Of a stretch of 64,000 nt of DNA, positions 1-9,532 are shown one piece after another. Numbering within the stretch: position 1 is the stretch's first letter; every line of letters begins with the position of its first letter. The DNA is from Thiotrichales bacterium (lineage in GTDB: Bacteria > Pseudomonadota > Gammaproteobacteria > Francisellales > CACEW01), in assembly GCA_947478175.1 (NCBI GenBank), contig CANJUQ010000005.1:6145-70144 (forward strand). Direction: 5' to 3'. Both the position numbers and the translations under genes were made by a program. The notes beneath the pieces were generated by a model. It worked only from the letters and a program-made list of their open reading frames with translations, did no database searches and was not told the DNA's origin.

Positions 1-2159
1 GGGGGGGAATTTAAAACAGTTATGAGGGTGTTTGTGAAAGCAGCATTAAGCAGTTCTGGTTTGAGTCGAATCATGATCAACGCCAAATTCCAACGTTCAA
101 CAACAAGGGCTTCTTTCAAAATAAGTTCAAACCATTCAGATCTTGATTCTAAGAGTTTTAGAACAAACGCAATTTTTTCATAGGCCAATTCAGGGGTGTT
201 TAAATCAAAATCACTGGCTTGTTCGAGATAATTGTAGAGAGCCGTTGTTTTTCGCAGCACTAATGTTTTCAAAGATTCAAGAAACCCTGAGGGTTCTAAC
301 GGTGGAGTGACTCTTCTGAATTTTTCAATCAAAACACCTGGAATAGAAAAATCAGAAGAGCCTGCTTTGGAATTTAAAAAACTGACAAGATTAAATGGGT
401 TGGGAATTTCTAATTTTGGCTCAGCCATGAGTGTTAATGCCCAATCTTTATCTTCCTTAGGAATATTTGTGGAAGATAAAACCCAATCTAATAATGCAAA
501 ATTTTCAGTACGAATACCCAGTAAAATCGTCAGTGCAATTAATAATCGATCTGGATTTTTAATAAAGATATTGCTTGCAAATGTCAGAGGCCCTAGAGGA
601 ATAAAAGCTACCTGCTCAGGAATATAATAATAACGGGGACCTGAAGGTTTTAATCTTGCTAAAAGGTTTTCTAATTTTGGAATAGGGATATCGGTGGCAG
701 TGAGGGAGTCGGTACGGGGGTATAGATAATTTTGGAAAGATTTTTCATTTTTAATCGTCTTAGAAGTAGGTGGTGTTGTTATTAGCCATGAAGAGGCGCG
801 ATTTGATGAATCAAAGATATAAAAATTTAATAGGTTTTCTGGAAAGCCATAGGTAAATAAGATCGTGAGGGTTTGAAAAATAAATTTAATTTCTTCTGGC
901 ATGAGAGGGGTTCTCGGGTCGCTTGTAAAAGCTTGAAGATAGTTTGAAAGAATTTCATAACGTTCGCCTTTAGCTTCTTTGGGGCATAAATCTCCCGCAA
1001 GTGCTTTGATATGATCAAGTAAATTTTCGGCGTCATGAAATAATTTAATCAACGCTAAGAAATCACCATGACGTCCTGTTGTAGACAGTTTTTTAGTTTC
1101 ACAAACAGTTTTGAATGTCTTAAAAAGTGAGCGCTCTGGCTTTAATAAATCTTCAGCGATACGGGCAATTGTAGGGTGAAAATTCAAAGAGGCACCAGGG
1201 GTGCTTTGTGATTTTATTTGGATGTGCAATAGAGCAATCAAGGCTTGAAATCCAGATGATTTTATAATTTCTGAAGAGAATTCAGAATGTTGGATCCGGT
1301 CGACAATAGGTTGAGAACTAGTCGGTGCATAAGCCAAATAGAGCAAAAGCATTTCCCATTGGTTTCCGATAAATTTCATATGAATCGCTTCACGGCAGAG
1401 CCTTGGATCTCTCATGAAAAAACCAAAAAGTTCGGAAAGCCCTCGACCTCTGGTGGCGAGTAAATCTTGCTTGGGAAAATAATCTAAGGGATTAGCCTGT
1501 GGGGTCTCGGAGAAAACAAAATCGTTAGAGAGTAATTCATATAAATTCAGCCAAAAAATATACGGCTCTAAATCTAATGGAAAAGAATCTTGGTCATATA
1601 TTTTAGGAATTAGTAATAAATTTCTGAGAAATTGGGTGGGGATTAAATTTTTTCTAAATTGTTGAATTAATGCTTGTCCGAGGGGATCGGCTGGATTTAA
1701 AAGCGCTATTTTGGCTTCAATTAAAATTCTTTCAGGTTGGTAATAGGTTTGAAAGTAATGATTGAGAACCACCATCAAACAAGCCATTTGTTGGCAATGT
1801 GTTTTGATATCAGGATTTTTTTCTGGATCAGGGCAGCTGAGTTCAAGAATAAATTGGCACAGCAAACTTTCATCAAATTCACTAGGTATATCAGTTGAAT
1901 TAAGACTATTAGTAAAAATCAAAAGAGCCTGTAGATGCCCAGCAGTGTCATGTTTCAAGCAGGCCCAGCCTAGTTCAAGCAATAAAGGCAAAACAGAATA
2001 ATTGCGATCTAGACAGAAAGTTCTGAAAAGGCTTTGAAGTTCTTTTTGAAGTATAGGCGCATGATCTGGTGTTCCATGAAGGGTTAAAAACCGATGCGTA
2101 AATCCAATGGTTTCTAAAAAATCTAAAGAGGTTTCTGTTGAGAGATCTGTTCCTGACAT
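1..2159 (-). CDS. Large orphan protein with complete N-terminus and C-terminus beyond the window edge (at least 719 codons); paralog of 2191..5025
   Basis: Absent from the ORF track because it runs off the left edge. ATG at 2159 follows AGGAG (TTAGGAGCTTTTTATGTCAGGA). No in-frame stop in the stretches checked codon by codon (3-120, 591-660), and none seen in a by-eye translation of the rest. N-terminus MSGTDLSTETSLDFLETIGFTHRFLTLHG... aligns with the N-terminus of the next ORF. Confidence 0.7.
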   Translation of the reverse strand, partial: MSGTDLSTETSLDFLETIGFTHRFLTLHGTPDHAPILQKELQSLFRTFCLDRNYSVLPLLLELGWACLKHDTAGHLQALLIFTNSLNSTDIPSEFDESLLCQFILELSCPDPEKNPDIKTHCQQMACLMVVLNHYFQTYYQPERILIEAKIALLNPADPLGQALIQQFRKNLIPTQFLRNLLLIPKIYDQDSFPLDLEPYIFWLNLYELLSNDFVFSETPQANPLDYFPKQDLLATRGRGLSELFGFFMRDPRLCREAIHMKFIGNQWEMLLLYLAYAPTSSQPIVDRIQHSEFSSEIIKSSGFQALIALLHIQIKSQSTPGASLNFHPTIARIAEDLLKPERSLFKTFKTVCETKKLSTTGRHGDFLALIKLFHDAENLLDHIKALAGDLCPKEAKGERYEILSNYLQAFTSDPRTPLMPEEIKFIFQTLTILFTYGFPENLLNFYIFDSSNRASSWLITTPPTSKTIKNEKSFQNYLYPRTDSLTATDIPIPKLENLLARLKPSGPRYYYIPEQVAFIPLGPLTFASNIFIKNPDRLLIALTILLGIRTENFALLDWVLSSTNIPKEDKDWALTLMAEPKLEIPNPFNLVSFLNSKAGSSDFSIPGVLIEKFRRVTPPLEPSGFLESLKTLVLRKTTALYNYLEQASDFDLNTPELAYEKIAFVLKLLESRSEWFELILKEALVVERWNLALIMIRLKPELLNAAFTNTLITVLNSP

Positions 2160-2190
2160 AAAAAGCTCCTAATTAAATATATTTGATTAA

Positions 2191-5025
2191 TTACAAACCC
2201 AGGGCCAGCAAGTCTTCTGGTACTGACTGGGGATCTCTGGGTTGATGTTGAGCTAAAAATAATACGCGGGCTTGAACCGAGGGAGCGTCTTGTTTTTCGC
2301 CAGCGAGCAAAAATAAATCTAAATCGAGGCCAGGAGAGAGCTTTAGATGGCTCAGTGCTTCAAAGAAAAACTTTAGGGTTTCTAATTTTTTTGATTCGTC
2401 TTCTCTAAATTCAACATCCAAAGGGTTTGGTGATGCAGTGGTTTCTTGGTCTGGGTCCCGCATGGCTGAACCAAATAAAATTTTAAAAGCGGTGTAGCGT
2501 TGGCCGCTTAAATTTGAAGGTTTTAATGTTTGTAAGGTGCGAAAAATATGGATGGGCCAATTAGAGGGTTCCATAGCAGCAGCGGTGCATACAAAATCTT
2601 TAGATTGGGCATGGAAACCATTGAGGTGGGGCATCCATTTTTGGAGTACAGAGGGTAGGTATGAGGGCACGCTTAATAAGCGATTTAATTTTTGTAGTTG
2701 GATCACTTTTGGATTAGTTAAATCAAAATTAAATCTCACTCGCAAAGCAATTCCTGCGGGTGTTTCGGGAAGGAGCGGCAAAATTTTTTCTAGAGATTCT
2801 TGAACTGAACGATAGAACTCTAGTGGCATGGTAGTGCTGGAAAAAGAGAGCAAGTGGAGAATTTGAGCGCTGGGGATTGTCGATGGGCCTAAAGCTTGAA
2901 GTGTTTTTCTGAGGCCCCAGAAAATACTGTAATGCTCAGGAGAGCGGCGGGGCACAGGTAGATGTGAGGCTGCCCTGATTTCTAACTGGGCTTTGGCGTG
3001 TTCGAATGAAGCTAAAATAACTCCGATTTTGCTAATGTTGCTAGTGACCGACAAGCTGGCGGGAAGGGTGTCTGGAGTAAAACCAGGAACACTCGGGGAA
3101 GCCATGGGCCTAGGACGGAAAGTTGGAATAGAGGGTTCATAATTTTGGTGAATAAATCGGTGTTTGACGGCAGCTAAAATTTTGAATAAAGCACCTGGTG
3201 CGGATCCAATAATAATGCTGGAGAAATCTGGATGAATGCTAGCTAAATAGTCCAGAAGGGCATCGTAGCGAAAAGTTTCTGTAGAGAGTTTGGGTGAGCT
3301 GAGAATATGAGATAAAGCTTCTTGAGCGCTGCGAGAAGTTAGTAATTGCTGATTAAGTTTCCAATAAAATTCATGAAAGAATGCGGCATTCAAAGGAATT
3401 TGAGTCGAGAGAGCTTTTTGAAGACTTTGAAAACCTGTGAGAGTGTTTAAATTGGCATAAATAGATCCAATAGGATCGGATAGCCATGAATTGGATGTAA
3501 TAACTAAGCGTCGATAGGGCTTATTGGGATGAGAGCTACCTGATATGACAAAGTTAAGTTCAGGTGTCAGGAATTCTGGTTTTAAATTAAGCAAGATCGT
3601 GAGTAAGTTCCAATTTTGTTTTTCTAGGGTTTTTGAAATTAATTTTTGAATGACTAAAGGGTTCTTTTGGATAAGAGCTAAGCCAAAAGCAATTTTTGCA
3701 TAAGCCAATCCGACGGGGTTTTTAGAGAGATCCGCTGCATTTTCTATAAAATCTTTAAAATTGATTAAGCCCTGAGAAATTAATTCTGACAAGCCTGGTT
3801 GAATGGCTCGAAATGTCTCGGGGTCTTTGGCGATTTCAAAAAATTTTTCTAAAAAATCAGTCGGTATTTGAGCTTGTTTAAAATAAGGGGAAAGTGATTT
3901 TCTGAAGTGACGAAGTGCCGTTTTTTCTTCAGGGGGTGTTAGATCTAATGGCTGTAATAAAGTACGTAAATCTTGTCGGTGGATTCCTAATTGGTCAGTC
4001 CAAATTTGCTTTAAGCAGCCTAAGAGCCAGAGTGGGTCTGAGAGAATGAAATCTGGGTGAGAAAGTATTTTGAGCACGAATTTTTTTTCTTTAGGGGTGC
4101 TCTCGGGGGAAGTGAGCAGGAGGGTCAAAAGTTCAGAGTTTTGGTAGCTGGCAGCAAATAAGGTCAGTAATAGCATGATGCGTGCACGGGAATTTTTATT
4201 AAGGGCCGTCAGTGAAAAAGATAAACCAGAAAAAATGACTCCTCCTGATTGAATAAACATTTCGTCATAAACAGAGTCATTAGGAGTAAAACCAAATGGC
4301 ACAATATCACTGATTTTGACCCCTAGTGCCAGGCCATTCAAAACATAAAGGTCAAAACCTTCTTGAGTAGTTATCGGTGGTTTTTGAGATGTATTAAATT
4401 TAATAGCCCAGCTCGGTTTGGAACTAGCAGTGCCTAGTGCTGCTGGTGATGAGATTGAATAATTAGTTATTTCTGCTGGGAATTGATGGGTTTCTAAGGC
4501 TTGAATCAATTTTGTTTTAATTGATAAAGATTCTGCGCTGCCATCGAGTAATTCTAATCTAGCCATTATTTCTTTGACTACAGGGGTGTAAAACTCTTCC
4601 CAATAAGCCCATAAACTTTGCACGAAAAAAATAAATTGTTCGCGATGCGTTGAAATATCTGGAGCACGGGTTTTGTCTAATGCTGGAATAGCCAAGATGA
4701 GCTGTTTTAGAAAAGAGGGCGCTGTTTCTGTTTTTATCTCAGAGGTTTTAGGGGTTAGCTCTTGAGAGAGCTGATTAGCCAAAATCAAAATAGCTCTGAG
4801 ATGTATTTGATAAGCAGGATTTCGGGTTTTGATACAGGCGAGAATTAATTCTGAACACAGATCTAATTTTGAAAAAGAATTTTTTACACAATAGGTAAAG
4901 AGCGCTTCTTCGAGGGCTTGTTGGATTTTTTTTGGATCTGTGAGATTTAAAAAATAATGAATAAATCGGGATGATTTTAAAATATTTAAATCAACGATTG
5001 GGGTCGTAGCTGGGGCTCCTGACAT
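2191..5025 (-). CDS. Large orphan protein (944 aa), Leu-rich and probably helical, no recognisable domain; candidate secreted effector
   Basis: Long uninterrupted ORF. Start context is TAATAGGAGTGTTACATGTCAGGA. The N-terminal 90 aa share a pattern with ORF <1..2159 (F-H-FL-L ... LF-T-C ... EL--AC-K ... HL-A-LI--N-L). Confidence 0.75.
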   Translation of the reverse strand: MSGAPATTPIVDLNILKSSRFIHYFLNLTDPKKIQQALEEALFTYCVKNSFSKLDLCSELILACIKTRNPAYQIHLRAILILANQLSQELTPKTSEIKTETAPSFLKQLILAIPALDKTRAPDISTHREQFIFFVQSLWAYWEEFYTPVVKEIMARLELLDGSAESLSIKTKLIQALETHQFPAEITNYSISSPAALGTASSKPSWAIKFNTSQKPPITTQEGFDLYVLNGLALGVKISDIVPFGFTPNDSVYDEMFIQSGGVIFSGLSFSLTALNKNSRARIMLLLTLFAASYQNSELLTLLLTSPESTPKEKKFVLKILSHPDFILSDPLWLLGCLKQIWTDQLGIHRQDLRTLLQPLDLTPPEEKTALRHFRKSLSPYFKQAQIPTDFLEKFFEIAKDPETFRAIQPGLSELISQGLINFKDFIENAADLSKNPVGLAYAKIAFGLALIQKNPLVIQKLISKTLEKQNWNLLTILLNLKPEFLTPELNFVISGSSHPNKPYRRLVITSNSWLSDPIGSIYANLNTLTGFQSLQKALSTQIPLNAAFFHEFYWKLNQQLLTSRSAQEALSHILSSPKLSTETFRYDALLDYLASIHPDFSSIIIGSAPGALFKILAAVKHRFIHQNYEPSIPTFRPRPMASPSVPGFTPDTLPASLSVTSNISKIGVILASFEHAKAQLEIRAASHLPVPRRSPEHYSIFWGLRKTLQALGPSTIPSAQILHLLSFSSTTMPLEFYRSVQESLEKILPLLPETPAGIALRVRFNFDLTNPKVIQLQKLNRLLSVPSYLPSVLQKWMPHLNGFHAQSKDFVCTAAAMEPSNWPIHIFRTLQTLKPSNLSGQRYTAFKILFGSAMRDPDQETTASPNPLDVEFREDESKKLETLKFFFEALSHLKLSPGLDLDLFLLAGEKQDAPSVQARVLFLAQHQPRDPQSVPEDLLALGL

Positions 5026-5059
5026 GTAACACTCCTATTACATTCAATATTGGAAGGGT

Positions 5060-5086
5060 GGGCGAATACAAGATTCGCCCCTACAC
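5060..5086 (-). repeat. REP element (GTAG-headed palindrome)
   Basis: The reverse complement reads GTGTAGGGGCGAATCTTGTATTCGCCC, identical to the copies at 31780 and 50217. Intergenic. Confidence 0.85.
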
Positions 5087-5128
5087 CCCCCGAAACAAAA
5101 CAGTCACGGAGTTTGTCATGGGGCGTTG

Positions 5129-6592
5129 CTAGAAAGAATGCCCTGGCGTTAATTTTGGAGCCAATTTTTCTTGAAGATAGATTTGTAACTCGGCGAGTAA
5201 GTTTTTTTGTTTAGAATCTAATTCGCGTTTTTCAGCCGTTTGAAAATCAGCCTGAAAATCCGCTAGGCCATATTGTTTCTTGCCCATAAAATCGATGGGT
5301 CGATCTGCTAGATCATGAGAGTAAATATTTTTCTGGTGAGTTAGATAATTTTCTTGAAGAGAGCCATTTGAAAATTCTGGGAAATCTCTTGCCAGAATTC
5401 GCTGACCTAATGTTTGAATAACAAGATTATTGATTTTCAAAAGGGCCTGGTATTTATCAGCAGGATTAATAGCGTGATGGAATGCTTGAATTTGTCTGGT
5501 TTCTAGCGGTGTCCAAAAATCAGATTGATAGAGACCCGCTTGGACATCGGTGTTTGGATAATTGGGATATTTAAAATGTCCCCAGTATTCTTTGATGCCA
5601 TTAAATAAAATTGGATTTTCTAGTAAAAATTTTATGTTTTTTTGAGCGATAGCCAGGCGGTCTTTTTTAATATGGGTTTGATATTTTTCTTGATAGGGCA
5701 ATAAAAATCCGACTTCGCCCAGTTTTTTTTGAACGACAAAAGTTTTATCAGAAAGATTATCTAGCGTGGCATTGGATAACTCTGGGAGATCTAATCTCAG
5801 CCAGCCATATTGGTTTTTATAATGGTAATGCTGACCTAAGCCTAGAACAGGCGCTTGGTATAAAAACTTTGTTCCTAATTTAGGTAAAACTAATAAACCC
5901 GTTGGGGCAGTTTGATGATTAGAAAAATTAACTTTGGGTAGCTTGGTTTGTCTTTCTTCGTCTGTTTTTTTCTGAAAATAGCCAGACAAATAATTCCACA
6001 TGGCGGGTTCTTTTTGGAATCTTTTGGCAAGTTCTAGAGTTGCTTCGACGTCAGTCATGGCGTTATGGGCTTGGCCTGTGGCGAGTTTATTGAGTGAAGA
6101 AATCTTTTCGAGCTTTAAAGACGGTGCGCCATCTTTCATGGGCCATTCTAAAGGCGAAGGTTGTTGGAAAAGATAAAACATGACGGTCATGGGATAGAGA
6201 TCCATCCGAGAGCAATTATTGGCATATTGATGGGTGTAGGGAGTTAGAAGATTTCTGTAAAAACTAAATCTTAAAAATTCATCATCGAATGTCAGCGTGT
6301 TGTAGCCAATAGAGATCGTCCCCGGGATATTTAATAACGCGTGAATTTCGCGCATAGCCTGATATTCCGTTTGGCCATTTTTTAAAGATTCCAGAGAAAT
6401 TTGATGGGTAATACTGGCAAGGGGCGAAGGAATGACATCAGGTTTGAGTTTGATCCAAATTTCATGCCGTGAAATTTCGTTCAGATTTAAGTCTGTTCGG
6501 ATAGCCGCAAATTGAAAGACTTGATCAAAGGGCTTGCTGAGACCTGAGGTTTCAATGTCATAAAAAAGATAGGTGGGGGCAGTGATAGACAT
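5129..6592 (-). CDS. sbcB: Exodeoxyribonuclease I
   Basis: N-terminal DEDDh exonuclease motif YLFYDIETSG..FDQVFQFAAIRTD. Also GYNTLTFDDEFLR and HNAMTDVEAT. Length of 487 aa is typical of ExoI. Confidence 0.9.
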   Translation of the reverse strand: MSITAPTYLFYDIETSGLSKPFDQVFQFAAIRTDLNLNEISRHEIWIKLKPDVIPSPLASITHQISLESLKNGQTEYQAMREIHALLNIPGTISIGYNTLTFDDEFLRFSFYRNLLTPYTHQYANNCSRMDLYPMTVMFYLFQQPSPLEWPMKDGAPSLKLEKISSLNKLATGQAHNAMTDVEATLELAKRFQKEPAMWNYLSGYFQKKTDEERQTKLPKVNFSNHQTAPTGLLVLPKLGTKFLYQAPVLGLGQHYHYKNQYGWLRLDLPELSNATLDNLSDKTFVVQKKLGEVGFLLPYQEKYQTHIKKDRLAIAQKNIKFLLENPILFNGIKEYWGHFKYPNYPNTDVQAGLYQSDFWTPLETRQIQAFHHAINPADKYQALLKINNLVIQTLGQRILARDFPEFSNGSLQENYLTHQKNIYSHDLADRPIDFMGKKQYGLADFQADFQTAEKRELDSKQKNLLAELQIYLQEKLAPKLTPGHSF

Positions 6593-6618
6593 GAAATTGC
6601 CTTAAATTTAGATAAATC

Positions 6619-6644
6619 GTAGGGGCGGACCCGTGTGTCCGCCC
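6619..6644 (+). repeat. REP element, GGAC/GTCC stem variant
   Basis: GTAGGGGCGGACCCGTGTGTCCGCCC in the sbcB / 6834 divergent intergenic region. Confidence 0.8.
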
Positions 6645-6833
6645 ACGTTCGGTGGTAGGTAAAAAACAGGCGAGGATACAGGAATAAACCAGAGCAGTGC
6701 TAGAAAAAATAGAGAGGGATTTAATGATTTTTAAATTAGTTTTTAATTTGGCTAGTTAATCAAAATTTAATAATAAAAGTTTTTTCTCACCTAGGATTTA
6801 CAAAAATAATAATTATTTAAAAAAGGTGATCAT

Positions 6834-7916
6834 ATGTCTTATTTTTCACAAGACCCCAATCGATATTTATTTATTACGGCCTGTCTTAATGGAAATCCTG
6901 CCACGGCAAAATTGTTGATGGCCGCGAATCAAGACATAGGTAATCCCTATGAAAAAATAGCCGATAGGGTCCAGTTAATGGAGCATGCCCTTGAAGAAAT
7001 TAAGTATTCTGTGGCCGTGCGGGATCAAGACGGTTTAGATCAATTTAAAGCAATTATTAAATTATTAGATCCAGATAAATCTTATCTTACAGAGCAGCTT
7101 TATATCGCCGCCATGACACATGATGAAAATCGATTGAAAGTTTTGATTGATGGAGGTGCGGATATCAATCAAAGCAGCATGGGTTATGGTTCTGTGAAAG
7201 ACGCTGTGAGGACGTTGAAGGTCTCAGATGACGTGGATTTTAAATTAAAATTAGATAAATGGACTGCAGAAGCTTCAGCGCCATTATCTTCAACGATGTC
7301 CTCTCCTTCGGGAGCAGTTGCTTTAGCTAGGCCTTTTTTGCGTTTGGATGATTTCGCTAAGAAACATGCGCTCTATCGAGTGAAGTTAGGAGAGAATCTA
7401 GATAGTCCCATTTTTGAAGGCGCAGCAGAAACCCTCATCAGTTTTGCAAGCCGTGCGGGGTTTGGGGGTGAACTTATGTCACAACATGCGTTGAAACATA
7501 AGCAGCTACCGAAAGGTTTAGAGAGAGAAACAAAAGAGGCATTACTAAGAGAGGCAGCAACTAAAGTTTCTATGGCGGCCAGTGATTATGAGCTAGATAA
7601 AATTGCTATGGCATATACCCCTCTTTTGGCCCTACATCGAGATGATAGGTCTTATGGACAGACAGCTTCTATAAAAGCTTTCGACAAATTTAAAGAAGAA
7701 AAATCTGATCAGCTAGCCCGAGGAGAAGTCTCTCCTGCTGCAAGTGCTCATGCGTTTTTTGGTTCTCCAGCCATAGGTGCTTTAGGTCCTGTGAAGCCTG
7801 TCCCTCTTCCTGGGTCTCCAGGTCCAGATGATCAAAGTTCTGTTTCTTTTGGTGGTGCAGGTTCTGGCGCTGGTATAGGTACTGGAGCAGGTGGGCCGAG
7901 TTCACCAGGTTTTTAA
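6834..7916 (+). CDS. Hypothetical protein with ankyrin-like repeats and a Gly/Ser/Pro-rich C-terminal tail
   Basis: RBS AAAGGTGA precedes the ATG. LFITACLNGNPATAKLLMAANQDIG and LYIAAMTHDENRLKVLIDGGADINQ resemble ankyrin consensus (A--G----vk-Li--GAdiN). The tail is GSPGPDDQSSVSFGGAGSGAGIGTGAGGPSSPGF. Confidence 0.6.
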   Translation: MSYFSQDPNRYLFITACLNGNPATAKLLMAANQDIGNPYEKIADRVQLMEHALEEIKYSVAVRDQDGLDQFKAIIKLLDPDKSYLTEQLYIAAMTHDENRLKVLIDGGADINQSSMGYGSVKDAVRTLKVSDDVDFKLKLDKWTAEASAPLSSTMSSPSGAVALARPFLRLDDFAKKHALYRVKLGENLDSPIFEGAAETLISFASRAGFGGELMSQHALKHKQLPKGLERETKEALLREAATKVSMAASDYELDKIAMAYTPLLALHRDDRSYGQTASIKAFDKFKEEKSDQLARGEVSPAASAHAFFGSPAIGALGPVKPVPLPGSPGPDDQSSVSFGGAGSGAGIGTGAGGPSSPGF

Positions 7917-8839
7917 AACCATTGATTAATAGTTTTCTTAAAATCCTTCGCATTCGGCTGGCCGTAATACAGCCCCAGCATATGGCGAGTGATGGAATGC
8001 AACGTCCGATTTTTTTGAGAAGTTTGTTCAAGAACCCAGGGTTTTAATTTCTGTAAAATGTCTTCACGAGACATTGAAAAATCAGGATCAAAATAGGATT
8101 TTTCAATTTGGGTCAGTAAATACGGATTGTGATACGCCGCGCGGCCAATCATGACACCGTCGGTATGTTTTAGATGATCGTCTATTTGGGAAATTTGCGT
8201 GATACCGCCATTAATCTGAATAGAACAGTCAGGGAAATCTTGTTTAAGTTGATAGACCCGCAAGTAATCTAGTGGCGGAATTTCACGATTTTCTTTGGGG
8301 CTTAGTCCAGACAACCAGCCTTTTCGAGCATGGATAATAAATTCTCGGCAGGGAGTTTGCGTTTTAATTTGGTCTATAAAATTTTGTAAATTCTCATAGC
8401 TATCTAAATCATCGACGCCTGTTCTGGTTTTGACGGTGACAGGAATATTTTTACTGGATTCAGCGATGGCGTTTAAACAATCAATCACTCGGGGTGGGTC
8501 TTTCATCAGACATAGACCGAACATACCAGACTGAACTCGGTCAGACGGACAGCCAATGTTTAAATTAAATTCGTCATAGTTAAATTCAGTACTGATTTGA
8601 GTGGCTTTAGAGAGTATTTCTGGATTAGACCCGCCGAGCTGTAAAGCAATGGGGTGTTCCATAGAGTCATCAAAACTTAATAATCTTTCAGGATCACCAT
8701 GAGTGATGGCTTGGTCTGTGATCATTTCTGTATAGAGCCAAATATGGGGTGATAAAATTCTGTGAAAATATCGGCAGTATTGATCGGTCCAATCCATCAT
8801 GGGTGCGACGGAGATTTTGGGGGTGGGTTTTATCTTCAC
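7913..8839 (-). CDS. dusA: tRNA-dihydrouridine(20/20a) synthase
   Basis: SVAPMMDWTDQYCRYFHR, NLNIGCPSDRVQSGMFGLCLM and IIHARKGWLSGLSPKENREIPPLDY match E. coli DusA closely. GTG start at 8839 overlaps the vapC stop (GTGA). Confidence 0.9.
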   Translation of the reverse strand: MKIKPTPKISVAPMMDWTDQYCRYFHRILSPHIWLYTEMITDQAITHGDPERLLSFDDSMEHPIALQLGGSNPEILSKATQISTEFNYDEFNLNIGCPSDRVQSGMFGLCLMKDPPRVIDCLNAIAESSKNIPVTVKTRTGVDDLDSYENLQNFIDQIKTQTPCREFIIHARKGWLSGLSPKENREIPPLDYLRVYQLKQDFPDCSIQINGGITQISQIDDHLKHTDGVMIGRAAYHNPYLLTQIEKSYFDPDFSMSREDILQKLKPWVLEQTSQKNRTLHSITRHMLGLYYGQPNAKDFKKTINQWF

Positions 8840-9240
8840 TCAGGTGAGACCATTCTGACTTTTGGGTAGTAGGTTTTGTAACGCGAAGCATCTCGGGTGA
8901 GTAGAATTAAATTTTCGGTTAAAGCATGAGCGCCAATGAAAAAATCAGGGAGCGTAGAGGCTTTAGTTCCCCCTTTTTTCTTATATTGAATAAAAGATTT
9001 CCCTGCTAAAAAAGCAGCTTCCCACGGTAACGAAACACGCAAAATTTCAGAGGGTAAAGATTTGTCGAGCTCTTCAGATGTTTTAAATCGGACAGAGATT
9101 TCGCCATAGATAATGGGATTAATACAAAGCGTATTATGTTCAGAAAGCTCGGCGAGCTGTTCTGAAGACCACGAGAACCAGAGAGGATCTTCGGTGAAAA
9201 TATCTAATAAAATATTGCTATCGATCAAAACTCTTTTCAC
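8836..9240 (-). CDS. vapC: Type II toxin VapC (PIN-domain ribonuclease)
   Basis: 134 aa. PIN acidic residues are in context: LIDSN, YGEIS, PDFFIGAHA, LLTRD. It sits directly downstream of an AbrB-fold antitoxin gene. Confidence 0.85.
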   Translation of the reverse strand: MKRVLIDSNILLDIFTEDPLWFSWSSEQLAELSEHNTLCINPIIYGEISVRFKTSEELDKSLPSEILRVSLPWEAAFLAGKSFIQYKKKGGTKASTLPDFFIGAHALTENLILLTRDASRYKTYYPKVRMVSPE

Positions 9241-9256
9241 AGATTATTTTCCCTTC

Positions 9257-9487
9257 TTATTTCTCACCACGAGTCATAGCCATGATCTGATCGGTTGAGA
9301 GTTTGGTGCTGCCCTTGCCTCGTAATTGTTCTATTAGCGACTGGCTTCTTTTGGAGGGGGATTCACTTTTTTCTAAGTAAACCCGTCCATTTTCTAGTAA
9401 GAATTCGATTTCTGTATGAGGTAATAATCCCAAAGATTCTCGAATGTGTAATGGTATGGTCACTTGTCCTTTGCTCGTAATATGCAT
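9257..9487 (-). CDS. vapB: Type II antitoxin VapB (AbrB/SpoVT fold)
   Basis: 76 aa. SKGQVTIPLHIRESLGL is the SpoVT/AbrB looped-hinge-helix motif. The gap to vapC is 16 bp. Confidence 0.8.
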   Translation of the reverse strand: MHITSKGQVTIPLHIRESLGLLPHTEIEFLLENGRVYLEKSESPSKRSQSLIEQLRGKGSTKLSTDQIMAMTRGEK

Positions 9488-9532
9488 GGCTCGCTCTTTT
9501 TTCTTACTTTCACAGGTAGGAATTTTAAGGAG

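Noticed and set aside
307-2001. Track ORFs 307..627(+), 827..1036(-) and 1762..2001(+).
   Set aside because: All lie inside the long minus-strand ORF <1..2159 in other frames or on the other strand. They have no RBS or motif support and are treated as shadow ORFs.
2537-2803. 88-aa plus-strand ORF.
   Set aside because: It is antisense to the 944-aa ORF and has no independent support.
7690-8031. 113-aa minus-strand ORF spanning the 6834 ORF/dusA junction.
   Set aside because: It overlaps two better-supported genes, its composition mirrors the opposite-strand low-complexity tail, and it has no RBS.
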